In this document: positions 1 to 8,981 of the stretch, piece after piece
How the letters are laid out: each line of letters begins with the position of its first letter
How positions within the stretch are numbered: the stretch's first letter is position 1
Assembly (NCBI GenBank): GCA_030586555.1
Contig: JAURAC010000021.1
Location: 1 to 53,243, forward strand
DNA length: 53,243 nucleotides
Direction: 5' to 3'
From: Candidatus Subterrananammoxibius californiae
Lineage (GTDB): Bacteria; Planctomycetota; Brocadiia; Brocadiales; Subterrananammoxibiaceae
Position numbers and translations under genes: made by a program
Notes under the pieces: model-generated
Told to the model about the DNA's origin: nothing
Seen by the model: only the letters and a program-made list of their open reading frames with translations
Database searches by the model: none

Positions 1-935
1 GTCTTAGATTACAGGACCTTGCAAAACAAGAAGAGCTTTTGGCTTCAGGGCATTCTGCATGTGCAGGATGCGCTGGCACAAACATAATACGACAGGTGCT
101 CTTAGCGACCGGTCGCGATGTCGTTTTCAGCACGGCTACAGGCTGCATGGAGGTAGTAACGACCATCTATCCCAATACGGCATGGCGAGTCCCGTTTATC
201 CACTCAGCCTTTGAGAATGCCGCCGCCACCATAAGCGGCGTAGAGGCTGCTTACAGGGTACTAAGAGACCGGGGAAAGATTAAGAAAGATATAAATTTTG
301 TTGCCTTTGGTGGAGATGGAGGCACCTATGATATAGGTTTCCAAGCACTTTCTGGAGCTCTTGAGAGAGGACACAAATTCATATATATATGTTATGACAA
401 TGAGGCATACATGAACACAGGCACCCAGCGCTCAAGCGCAACGCCGCTGGGTGCAAGCACAACAACGGCGCCAGCGGGAAAGGTAAGCCCGGGAAAGACC
501 CAGCACCGTAAAGACATGACCGCCGTGGTAGCGGCACATAGAATCCCTTACGTAGCACAGGCGGCGCCTCATAATTACAGAGACCTTATCTCAAAGGTTA
601 AAAAGGCTACCGAGGTGGATGGTCCTGCGTTTATAAACGTCCTTTCAACGTGCCCGAGGGGCTGGCAAACAAAAACAGAGGACGGCATGGAACTTACAAG
701 ACTCGCCGTAGAGACCTGCTACTGGCCTCTCTTTGAGATAGACCATGGCAAACTAAAAATAAACTACAAACCCAAGGAAAAGAAACCCATCGTAGAATGG
801 CTAAAAATACAGGGCAGGTTTAAACATCTCTTTAAACCAGAGAACGAGCACATTATCAAAGAGCTTCAGGAAGAAACAGATAGACGATGGGACGAACTAC
901 TTCGCAAAGAGGCGGCAGGATTGCCATACATTTAG
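1..935 (+). CDS. porB: Pyruvate:ferredoxin oxidoreductase beta subunit (TPP-binding); 5' end just before the window
   Basis: Motifs SGHSACAGC, TGCMEV, GGDGGTYDIG, YDNEAYMNTG.QRS and CP.GW; the frame is open back to base 3 (LRLQDLAKQEELL). Confidence 0.9.
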   Translation, partial: LRLQDLAKQEELLASGHSACAGCAGTNIIRQVLLATGRDVVFSTATGCMEVVTTIYPNTAWRVPFIHSAFENAAATISGVEAAYRVLRDRGKIKKDINFVAFGGDGGTYDIGFQALSGALERGHKFIYICYDNEAYMNTGTQRSSATPLGASTTTAPAGKVSPGKTQHRKDMTAVVAAHRIPYVAQAAPHNYRDLISKVKKATEVDGPAFINVLSTCPRGWQTKTEDGMELTRLAVETCYWPLFEIDHGKLKINYKPKEKKPIVEWLKIQGRFKHLFKPENEHIIKELQEETDRRWDELLRKEAAGLPYI

Positions 936-1015
936 GTGATAGGTCATAGATCGTAGGTAAAAATCTAAAACCTACAAATCGTAACCTATGACCCATTACC
1001 CATAACCTATTACCT

Positions 1016-1076
1016 CATATACTCCCCAGTAGCTCAATGGTAGAGTGAGGTCCGCCTGAGGCGGATTAACCGCTTG
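1016..1076 (+). pseudogene. Broken duplicate of the 5' half of tRNA-Asn with a TCCGCCTGAGGCGGA palindrome in the anticodon arm
   Basis: 1016-1046 is identical to 1421-1451 (catatactccccagtagctcaatggtagagt); the palindrome lies at 1051-1065, followed by ttaaccgcttg from the anticodon arm; there is no T arm or 3' acceptor strand. Confidence 0.85.
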
Positions 1077-1093
1077 AATGAATGCCGTAGGTC

Positions 1094-1387
1094 TTGCTGA
1101 GTGTGAATGAGAGGAACAATAAAAGAGAGCGCTACTATGTTTATGTGATTCAATCAAAGTCGACACAGGGTATCTACATAGGACAAACGTATGTTTTACA
1201 GAAGCGACTCGCCCAACATAATAACCCTGCAAATAAACTCACCAAATATACAAAACGACAAAAAGGTCCATGGCAATTAGTACACTGCGAAGTTTATTCA
1301 TCACAAACAGAAGCAAGACGAAGAGAAATGGCTCTAAAATCAGGTCAAGGCAGACATTGGCTAAAAAAATTACTTGCATGCAAGTAA
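1094..1387 (+). CDS. Small standalone GIY-YIG nuclease (UPF0213/SLX1-like); start may be GTG at 1103
   Basis: YYVYVIQS...IYIGQT..LQKRLAQHN...TKYT...PWQLVH.E...ARRRE..LKSG.GR. Confidence 0.9.
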   Translation: MLSVNERNNKRERYYVYVIQSKSTQGIYIGQTYVLQKRLAQHNNPANKLTKYTKRQKGPWQLVHCEVYSSQTEARRREMALKSGQGRHWLKKLLACK

Positions 1388-1402
1388 TACTCGCCTTATA
1401 AT
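1374..1402 (+). promoter_or_regulatory. Sigma70-like promoter for tRNA-Asn overlapping the GIY-YIG 3' end
   Basis: TTGCAT (1374-1379), 17 bp spacer, TATAAT (1397-1402), ending 25 nt upstream of the tRNA. Confidence 0.65.
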
Positions 1403-1427
1403 TATGCGTCACAATGAATACATATAC

Positions 1428-1502
1428 TCCCCAGTAGCTCAATGGTAGAGTAGGCGGCTGTTAACCGCTTGGTTTCAGGTTCGAGTCCTGACTGGGGAGC
1501 CA
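1428..1502 (+). tRNA. tRNA-Asn (GTT)
   Basis: Acceptor stem TCCCCAG/CTGGGGA, D loop AGCTCAATGGTAGAG, anticodon arm GCGG-CTGTTAA-CCGC, T loop GGTTCGAGTCC and encoded CCA. Confidence 0.97.
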
Positions 1503-1541
1503 GTTACTGGACGCTCAGGCGAACACACGTCCTAGGCTGTT

Positions 1542-1573
1542 AACGCCTCACCTTCCAAGGTGGGGCGTTTTTT
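1542..1573 (+). terminator. Rho-independent terminator after the tRNA
   Basis: aacgcctcacctt-cc-aaggtggggcgtt hairpin followed by a T run. Confidence 0.75.
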
Positions 1574-1731
1574 AATCGGATTTAGTAAAACTGGGCTGGC
1601 TTGATTTTGTTGAAATAAGCAAGATTGGTGATAAAATGTCATTATAAAGAGAGTATCTTGCATTATGGACCCGGCTGTCCATATTTTATAGTCGAGTGCC
1701 GGGACGACTTTTTCCCAGGATGGATGAGTCC

Positions 1732-2799
1732 ATGAGGCACACGCGCATCATAGTTACACACTACGGCGGGCCTGATGTAGTGCAAGTGATTGAAGAAGAC
1801 ATCCCGGAGCCTAAGGACGGCGAAGTGCGGGTGAGGGTGCAGGTCGCTGGCGTGGCGTTGCCCGATGTGATGGCGCGCCAGGGCATACATCCGGAAACGC
1901 CGGACGTGCCCTATACGCCGGGGTGGGACCTGGTCGGCGTCGTGGACAAACTCGGAAGCGGTGTCACGGGAATCGAGCCCGGCCAGAGCGTAACCGCTAT
2001 GCCGATACACGGTGCGTACGCTGAGTACGTCTGTTTGCCCCAGCGTAAACTTGTCCCCGTGCCTTCAGGTCTTGACCCGGCCGAGGCTGTGAGCCTGGTG
2101 CTCAACTACATAACTGCATACCAAATGATGCATCGCTCCGCCAGGGTCAGGCCTGGCCAGAGCGTACTTATACACGGCGCCTCGGGCGGGGTGGGAACGG
2201 CGCTATTGCAGCTTGGCCGCCTCGTAGGTCTTAAGATGTACGGGACTTGCTCGATGAAAAGTGCACAGATAATAATTGACCTTGGTGCCACTCCGATCGA
2301 TTACAAGAGCAAGGACTTTGTGGAAGAAATTATGAAGCTGGTGCCAGGCGGTGTGGACGCCGTCTTTGACCCCATCAGCGGCGATCATTTGTGGCAATCC
2401 CGCAAGGCCCTCTGTCCCGGCGGAAGGGTTGTGGCGTATGGCAATACCACTTCGCTTCGCGGAGGCGGATTGGTTTCCGGCAGCCCCGGGCGCCGTAACC
2501 GTCTTCACGGTATCCCGGCCTACGCGCTCTATATTGCAGGCGGTTTGTTTCTCCCGGGCCGCAAACGCATAATCCCCTACAGCATCCAGTGGCTCATGCG
2601 CCTTAGGCCGGCACGGTTCAGGCAGGACCTGATGACGCTACTCGACCTCCTTAAAGACAAGAAGATAAAGCCGCTCATAGCGAAGCGTTTTCCTCTTGCC
2701 GAGGCAAGACTCGCGCACGAATTGCTCGAGAAGGGAGGCGTGACAGGCAAGATCGTGCTCGTGTGCAACGGGGCGCCCAGCACGACCGGGGCGGTTTAA
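1732..2799 (+). CDS. Medium-chain dehydrogenase/reductase (quinone oxidoreductase-like)
   Basis: YGGPDV...PEP..GEVRVRV, PYTPGWDLVG, VLIHGASGGVG and GKIVL; ATG at 1732 chosen within ORF 1696-2799. Confidence 0.88.
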   Translation: MRHTRIIVTHYGGPDVVQVIEEDIPEPKDGEVRVRVQVAGVALPDVMARQGIHPETPDVPYTPGWDLVGVVDKLGSGVTGIEPGQSVTAMPIHGAYAEYVCLPQRKLVPVPSGLDPAEAVSLVLNYITAYQMMHRSARVRPGQSVLIHGASGGVGTALLQLGRLVGLKMYGTCSMKSAQIIIDLGATPIDYKSKDFVEEIMKLVPGGVDAVFDPISGDHLWQSRKALCPGGRVVAYGNTTSLRGGGLVSGSPGRRNRLHGIPAYALYIAGGLFLPGRKRIIPYSIQWLMRLRPARFRQDLMTLLDLLKDKKIKPLIAKRFPLAEARLAHELLEKGGVTGKIVLVCNGAPSTTGAV

Positions 2800-2848
2800 C
2801 AGAGGCTCGAAGGGAGAAGGTGAACGCCATGTACGCCAAACTGATTGA

Positions 2849-3517
2849 CTACTTCAAGCCCCCTGCCCTGGCTAAAGCCGAGACGAAGGTCACACGCAGA
2901 CAGTGCAGGTCAATCTCAGAAGATATCCCAGCTTTTTTTAGGTCTTTTTTAAACATGCGCAACAAGCTACTTGGACTCTTTGGCAGGTGGAACAGGCTTC
3001 CAGCCTGTCTATTGCGAGCCCGAAGCAATCCCATCGCCTCAGGGTGTAATGGAAGCAGTCTTTGCTTCAAAGGATTCTTCGCATCCCGAACTTGTATCGA
3101 ACCATCTAACACATCACACCAAGCAAGCCCCTCAAACTCCGACTTTCTCAAACCTGTATGCATCAAAAAACTCCACCAGGCCCATCTTGGACCGGAGACT
3201 GTCCGTAAACGGGAAATTTCCTCTGCCGTCAGAGCCCGACGGAATTTCCTGGGCACGTGCCTCAAACGCTTATAAGCGAGTATCCCCTTATCAAAGCCAT
3301 TTACCCCCCTCGAATCGAGCCAGCGCAGATACCCTTTTAAAACCGAAAGGTCGTTGTTAAGCGTTTTTCCCGTGACCTTAGAAAGCCTCTCAAGAAAGTA
3401 AGCGTCCAGTTGTTCAGGTTACTTGAAGCCTGAAAGACGCCGGAGAGAGGATTCGTAATTCAAAAATGTACGAGGCGAAAGCCGAGCTTTCAAGTAAACG
3501 AGATAACCAGTATGCAC
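2849..3517 (-). pseudogene. Tyrosine integrase pseudogene
   Basis: The frame reads LSPRTFLNYESSLRRL, then an in-frame TAA (3419-3421), then TLNNDLSVLKGYLRW...HTGLRKSE...HCLRVTF; it ends before the catalytic His/Tyr and lies next to attR. Confidence 0.8.
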
Positions 3518-3595
3518 ATACTCATTATCGGCACGCCCTGAGTTTGCATACAGTGGTTTCAGGTTCGAGTCCTGACTGGGGAGCCAGAATATAGG

Positions 3596-4888
3596 TTATC
3601 CACTTGTGTAACGACGCAATTCAGTCTTTATTTGCCAATATCCGTAAATAAAAAGTCCAGAACTCAGCACATACAGTCCAACGTACACCCAGTAATTGAG
3701 TTGGCCTGTACCAGCAAAATCGTATGAAATAGTCCTGATGTAAGAAATCATGCCAATTGCCACAACAAAAAACACAAAGGGCGTTAAAAGTACCATTAAC
3801 TTCAAGGTTTTGTTCTGCTTAAGATTGGCAGGGTCAATCCACAGCGGTGCGACAAGAGTGACCTGAGAGTCTGTTAAAATAGTCTTCTCAGGGTCTTTCT
3901 TCTGGTACAAGTCGTGGAAAACCTTGCGCAAGCGTATTGCCTCGCAAAAAAAAGAGGTGCAGAATAAGAACCATATAGCTAATACTATCGGAAATACCAA
4001 CACCGACTCGTTGAGGCCAACAGGAAATTTTCCAAGGGGAGACTCAATTGAATTCAATCGGTCAGTAATTTCCTCTTGTTGCTCCTCTATACGCTCTTGC
4101 TCTTCCTCAAGAACCTTCATCTTCTTTTGGAGAATTTCCAATTCACTTTTTAATTTCTCACTATCTGCTCCAATTATGGTGTCATATTTATTCCAGAAGT
4201 TATGTACATCTTCCTCAAGTTGTACAGAAAATTCTCCCTTTCCTTCCCATGTTTTCCAAAAACGGGGGTTCTTATCGAGTCTATTCTTAAAAGAAGTTTC
4301 CAGTTCTAAAAGTTGATAATTTAATGCAGTCGGATCAATCGGGTCAACGTTGAGCGTTCGAAGTGGCTTAACTACTTCATTATTGAGAATTTGATGGTAC
4401 TTTGCAAGATACCGTTCGACTTCTTGCTTCACCTTGCAATTAACCCAATCTTCATCTTTTAGAGAGTTGCACAGGTCAATCGGGGCATTCGGGGCATTCG
4501 ATTCTTGAAACGATTCCCGTGACGTAGAGAGTCGTTCCTCCGGATTCGTTGGTAAAGATTCGATATATTCTCGCAAATTGTTAGGAGCATCCTTTATCTC
4601 TTTCTGTAATTTCTTAATTCCGTCTTGTGCATTTTTATAAGGGGCTGCAGATTTCTCCAGTTGCCCAATTTTTGCTTGCAAGTCTTCCACTTGTTTAGGC
4701 AACCTGTAATTCCTGCTCTGTATCGAAACATACGGAAACAGGACAAAAAAGGAAAAAATCAGTGAGAACCCAACGAGACCACTAAATAGCTTTTGGAAAC
4801 TTTTGGATTTCGCCTCATAACGTTCAAACACTCGTTCGCAGTGTTCCTCTTGGACTTTTTCAAGTTCGTTTTTGTCATCAGACGGCAT
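3596..4888 (-). CDS. Hypothetical membrane protein (N-terminal TM, long coiled coil, three C-terminal TMs)
   Basis: 430-aa ORF with GGAG RBS, hydrophobic segments and heptad-rich regions. Confidence 0.7.
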   Translation of the reverse strand: MPSDDKNELEKVQEEHCERVFERYEAKSKSFQKLFSGLVGFSLIFSFFVLFPYVSIQSRNYRLPKQVEDLQAKIGQLEKSAAPYKNAQDGIKKLQKEIKDAPNNLREYIESLPTNPEERLSTSRESFQESNAPNAPIDLCNSLKDEDWVNCKVKQEVERYLAKYHQILNNEVVKPLRTLNVDPIDPTALNYQLLELETSFKNRLDKNPRFWKTWEGKGEFSVQLEEDVHNFWNKYDTIIGADSEKLKSELEILQKKMKVLEEEQERIEEQQEEITDRLNSIESPLGKFPVGLNESVLVFPIVLAIWFLFCTSFFCEAIRLRKVFHDLYQKKDPEKTILTDSQVTLVAPLWIDPANLKQNKTLKLMVLLTPFVFFVVAIGMISYIRTISYDFAGTGQLNYWVYVGLYVLSSGLFIYGYWQIKTELRRYTSG

Positions 4889-5230
4889 GGACTTCTCACT
4901 CCTTTGACTATAGCGTTCTTTCGCAAGAGATAGCGGTTGAGCCTTCCACGCTTTCCAGTTCGTTCACGAGCAGTCGGGATGTCATTATTAAGCAAGCGAG
5001 GCGATTGATACTTTGATGCAGAGCGAAAGGCTATTATACCAATGAGACAAAACAAATCAATTAAAAAATGAGTCCCCATCGTTTGTTCCTCAACATCGCA
5101 AATGCCAGGGGTTAAATGCAGGTTCATGGGATTTGTTTCAACAAACTTGTACTACCCACCTAAATTTTTTTCTTCCACTTTTTATATTTGAATCACAAAT
5201 ACAGTGCGTTATAATAGCTTCGCAGGTTTC

Positions 5231-5434
5231 CTCGTTCCCACGCTCTGCGTGGGAATGCAATATTGGACGCTCTGCGTCTCTAAACGGTAGCCGCCCGCCT
5301 TAGGTGGGCGTGAAACAGCTTGCATTATTCAAGCACCAGAAATTATGCAAAACAAAAGGATATATTGAAAATTTCTATGGAGTATTGACGCTGAGCGTCA
5401 GACCCCCTGTCCCCACGCAGAGCGTGGGAACGAG
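5231..5434. repeat. REP-like composite inverted-repeat element
   Basis: ctcgttcccacgctctgcgtggga...cccacgcagagcgtgggaacgag arms with internal gacgctctgcgtc / gacgctgagcgtc hairpins. Confidence 0.75.
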
Positions 5435-5446
5435 ATATAAACCCAA

Positions 5447-5875
5447 ATGAATACTAATATAGACAAAGACGCATTAAGAAGATACTTTGAAAACAGAAAG
5501 GATATTGCCTTTGCCTTTTTATTTGGCTCGCAGGCAAGAGGGAAGGCGACTAAATTATCTGATATTGACATAGCAGTATATTTTTATCCTCAAAAAAGAT
5601 GTCCTGTGGAATACGAAGAAGAAATATTTTATGCGGGCGAGGATGAAATATGGGCTGAGTTGGAACAGCTTTTAAACAAGGAAGTAGAACTGCTTGTCTT
5701 AAACAGGATCTCGGCAAGCATTGCTGCAAGCGCAATAAGGGGTATTCCCCTTGCAATAAATGATTGGGGACTCTATCTCGATTTCATGGAGGTTGTCACA
5801 CGAGAAGCAGAGGATTTCAGGGAGTTACTCTTTAAAGATTTTCTGGAAAGGATGGAACTTGCAAGAAGAGATTAA
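5447..5875 (+). CDS. Minimal nucleotidyltransferase (MntA-like antitoxin) with no adjacent HEPN gene
   Basis: FLFGSQARG....SDIDIAV motif. Confidence 0.85.
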   Translation: MNTNIDKDALRRYFENRKDIAFAFLFGSQARGKATKLSDIDIAVYFYPQKRCPVEYEEEIFYAGEDEIWAELEQLLNKEVELLVLNRISASIAASAIRGIPLAINDWGLYLDFMEVVTREAEDFRELLFKDFLERMELARRD

Positions 5876-5965
5876 GTAGGGGCAATTCATGAATTGCCCT
5901 TACCAGCTATTGGAAGAGGTGAAAGCAAAGAATGGGTAAGGACCTTAAAGGAAGACACAAAAAAC

Positions 5966-7378
5966 ATGCCAGACAATAAGTGCAGATGGGAATTATTCTA
6001 TTATAACAACCATTTTGATTGCAATGAAACTGCTTTGCCAAATGACCCTCATTCCTACTGCATTTTGCATTCCAAAAAAGATGATAAAGACCTCGATTTG
6101 TTTATTGAAAAGGTAACTGAAAGAATAAAAAAATGTACCAAAAGAATAGACCTCACAGAATGTTATTTTCCCAAAGATTTTCCGAGCGACTATTTTCAAT
6201 ACATCACCTTTGATGACAATAAGGATGGCTATATTGAATTTCGAGATGATTTTACCCCTCTCTTTGATAAACCTGTATATTTCATTAATGCAAAATTTTC
6301 GCAATGTGCAGACTTTTCCGGGGCAACATTCTCGCAGGGGGCGTGCTTCCGAGGGGCAACATTCTCGCAGGCAAACTTCAGCGGGGCAACATTCTCGCAG
6401 GAGGCATACTTCAGCGGGGCAACATTCTCGCAGGAGGCTAACTTTACCGAAGCTAAATTCCTACAAGAGGCAGACTTCACCCATGTTAAGTTCGCACAAG
6501 AAGCAGATTTCCGGTTAGCCAAATTCTCACAATACGTAACCTTCTTCGTGGCAGAATTCTCATCAGAGGTATACTTTTTTGGTACTACTTTTGAAAAAGG
6601 GGTGAACTTCTCCTGGGCAGAATTTAAGGATAGAGCCTATTTCATGCCTGTTGGAGTGCCTGTAGAACCAGAATCAAAAAAAGTTACCTTTGATAGCCTA
6701 AGCCTCTTTAAATACGTCCACTTCTCAGGAGATGTAATATTTCAGCAAGTTAACCTCTCAAAGTGTTCTTTCCTCCACTCCAACATAGACAAGGTTGACT
6801 TCAGGTATTGTGAGTTTGAGAAGAAAAGGTTCAGAAAAAACGTACTCATGGATGAGCTTGACTGCGACATAGCAGTAAAAAGTGCAACAGACAAGAGAAA
6901 GGCGAGAGAAGAATACGAACATGTGCGACGGCTTTATCTGGAACTAAAGCGTAATTTTGAGGAGAAAAAGGACTGGAATAAGGCAGGGGATTTTCATTTC
7001 GGGGAGATGGAGTGCAGGCGGAAGATGAAGGGGTGGTTGGGACGCAAACTTTCCCTGACGGCATTTTATTGCTGGGCAAGTGGCTATTGTGAGAGACCGT
7101 TAAGGACATTTTTAATCCTGTTAGCATCTGTCTTCATATTTTTCCCTTTAATGTACGGGCTTTCTGAAGGTAAATTTATCTCTACCCTTACTATAGTTAA
7201 TGAGTATTCTGTACGCCTCCTCGACAGCTTAAATGTAGCTACGCTTATTAGGCTTGGAAAACCAACAGAAACTATTACTGGCTTCTGGAAACCCATTGTA
7301 GCAGTAACTGAACTCATCGTTGTACCAATCCTCATCGCCCTCCTTGCCCTTGCGTTAAGGAGGAAGGTAAAAAGATAA
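5966..7378 (+). CDS. Pentapeptide-repeat protein with a C-terminal membrane (ion-channel-like) domain
   Basis: A(D/N/Y)FSGATFSQ repeats, N-terminal YCILHS motif, GYCERP plus TM helices; ATG at 5966 within ORF 5894-7378. Confidence 0.8.
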   Translation: MPDNKCRWELFYYNNHFDCNETALPNDPHSYCILHSKKDDKDLDLFIEKVTERIKKCTKRIDLTECYFPKDFPSDYFQYITFDDNKDGYIEFRDDFTPLFDKPVYFINAKFSQCADFSGATFSQGACFRGATFSQANFSGATFSQEAYFSGATFSQEANFTEAKFLQEADFTHVKFAQEADFRLAKFSQYVTFFVAEFSSEVYFFGTTFEKGVNFSWAEFKDRAYFMPVGVPVEPESKKVTFDSLSLFKYVHFSGDVIFQQVNLSKCSFLHSNIDKVDFRYCEFEKKRFRKNVLMDELDCDIAVKSATDKRKAREEYEHVRRLYLELKRNFEEKKDWNKAGDFHFGEMECRRKMKGWLGRKLSLTAFYCWASGYCERPLRTFLILLASVFIFFPLMYGLSEGKFISTLTIVNEYSVRLLDSLNVATLIRLGKPTETITGFWKPIVAVTELIVVPILIALLALALRRKVKR

Positions 7379-7713
7379 AGAAGAGGCTAAGAGGTTAAAA
7401 GGCAAAAAGGTGATAGGTTGTAAGTTATTTCTGTAGGGGCAGGGTTTCCCTGCCCGACAGATTGCAGGCGGGCTTCGTAAGGAGGGTGAGTGTGGAAATA
7501 TTATAGGACCACCCCTCAATCCCCTTCCACCCAAGGGATGGCGGATCTTCGACCTTCGTAAGGAGGGGATAAAGGGAAGGTAAAAAGCCTAAATTGTAGG
7601 GGCGTATTGCTATACGCCCTTCTTGTTAAAAGAATAGCCCCGGATGCGGTGATGTGTCCGGGGCTTTTTTGTTTGCAGAAAGGTGTAGGGGCGACCCGGC
7701 GGGTCGCCCCTAC
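7378..7713. repeat. Cluster of REP-like palindromes and heptamer repeats, including a terminator-like hairpin at 7636-7670
   Basis: gtaggggcagggtttccctgccc, gtaggggcgtattgctatacgccc, gtaggggcgacccggcgggtcgcccctac and agccccgga...tccggggctttttt. Confidence 0.7.
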
Positions 7714-7822
7714 AAGGCTTAATATACCCGTTTCCGTTTTTTAATGCCCCTTTTCCCAGTCTCTCGACTGCTGGTTATTATATGGAAAGTGTGATATTAT
7801 TAAATATGGGAAGGTGAGTAAC

Positions 7823-8206
7823 ATGAGAAAACGTACACTTTTCGCAGCTTTTATGTGTCTTATGATAAGCATAGGCGTTATTGGTTGTATGTCAAGCGCT
7901 TATATCTCGCAGAGGAGAATCGTGAAGTCAAAGGAATACACGACTGCGGATGAACAGGTCAGGTATCTTCTCAGCGAGGCTAATACCCTTATAAAGATGG
8001 AAGAATATGATGCATCCATAAATATCGCTCAGTATATTCTTCAAGACCTGGATGCGAATTCAGTTGAAGCTAAGGAAATTATAAAGACAGCCAAAGCAGG
8101 GATTGAAGAGTTTGAACTGTATCAGCTCATACATCCTCATTACTATTTTGGGGATACAGCCGGTGTCTGGAAACATAAATGGTGGGAACTTGGTTATGAC
8201 TGGTAG
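7823..8206 (+). CDS. Lipoprotein, paralogue 1 (aromatic tail)
   Basis: Signal peptide with lipobox VIGC; shared KSKEY...EQV.YL...AQYILQDLD.NS.EA domain. Confidence 0.75.
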   Translation: MRKRTLFAAFMCLMISIGVIGCMSSAYISQRRIVKSKEYTTADEQVRYLLSEANTLIKMEEYDASINIAQYILQDLDANSVEAKEIIKTAKAGIEEFELYQLIHPHYYFGDTAGVWKHKWWELGYDW

Positions 8207-8329
8207 CGGTGAAAACGTCATATCTCTTCCCCCGGTTCGCCCGGTATTGGCAAAAAGTTGGAGTTATAATGCGTTTCAAAGAATTTGGATTGCTATTTTT
8301 AATGTTTAGTAAATAAAGAAGGTGAGTAG

Positions 8330-8785
8330 ATGAAAAGATTTTATCTTTTAATAACTGCTATGTGCCTTATGATAAGCATAGGCGTTAGTGGTTGTATGTC
8401 AAGCGCTTATATCTCGCAAAAGAGAATCGTGAAGTCAAAGGAATACACGACGGCGGAAGAACAGGTTAAGTATCTTATCGGCGAGGCTAATAGCCTTATA
8501 AAGATGGAGGAATATGATGCATCCATAAATATCGCCCAGTATATTCTTCAAGACCTTGACCCAAATTCAGCCGAAGCTAATGACGTAATAAAAACAGCTA
8601 AGGCAGGGCAGGAAGAGGCGGCTAAGTATCGTGCCCGATATTATAATTATCCTTATGGCTATGGCGGATTTTACAGCCGCGGGTTTCTCTATCATGGACG
8701 GCACCATCACGGATTTCACCATCATGGGGGTCACCATCATGGAATGCACCATCATGGGTCTGGGGGTTTTTGCGCCCGAAGATAG
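8330..8785 (+). CDS. Lipoprotein, paralogue 2 (His/Gly-rich tail)
   Basis: Lipobox VSGC; near-identical to paralogue 1 over ~85 aa; tail HHHGFHHHGGHHHGMHHHG. Confidence 0.75.
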   Translation: MKRFYLLITAMCLMISIGVSGCMSSAYISQKRIVKSKEYTTAEEQVKYLIGEANSLIKMEEYDASINIAQYILQDLDPNSAEANDVIKTAKAGQEEAAKYRARYYNYPYGYGGFYSRGFLYHGRHHHGFHHHGGHHHGMHHHGSGGFCARR

Positions 8786-8981
8786 ACATTGCCTATCTAT
8801 CTTTTCAATTTGTATGTTATCATAAGCGCCCGGAAGGTGTGAATACATCTGGTAGCCGCCCGCCTATCAGTCTGGCGGGCACTATTTTTGCTTTCGTACT
8901 GGTTATAAATTGAAAAATGTGGTATTATTATCATGCGAAGTAAGGCGATAAATTAATGTTAAGTTAAAGGAGGAAAGGAAA

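Larger units (their letters stand above)
1470..3587. mobile_element. Degenerate tRNA-targeted integrative island bounded by 34-bp att direct repeats
   Basis: tggtttcaggttcgagtcctgactggggagccag at 1470-1503 and 3554-3587 flank a tyrosine integrase pseudogene and a GC-richer oxidoreductase gene. Confidence 0.85.

Noticed and set aside
1016..1427. Group I intron with a homing endonuclease in the tRNA anticodon loop
   Set aside because: The downstream tRNA is complete on its own, the 5' half is duplicated rather than split, and there is no room for a group I catalytic core.
2763..3360. Plus-strand ORFs 2763-3275 and 2971-3360, and the many short antisense ORFs across the window
   Set aside because: They are shadows of better-supported genes on the opposite strand or frame and have no recognisable motifs.
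4759..5127. 122-aa minus-strand ORF upstream of the membrane protein
   Set aside because: It has no motif, overlaps the next gene in another frame, and spans a likely promoter (TTGATT-16-TATAAT on the minus strand near 5033-5060).
6300..6440. Regularly spaced ggggcaacattctcgcagg repeats resembling a mini CRISPR array
   Set aside because: The period is only ~30 nt, the repeats are in frame and encode pentapeptide units, and there are no unique spacers or cas genes.
7823..8785. Near-identical lipoprotein genes as a DGR template/variable repeat pair
   Set aside because: The differences are not adenine-specific and both copies are full ORFs, consistent with ordinary tandem duplication.
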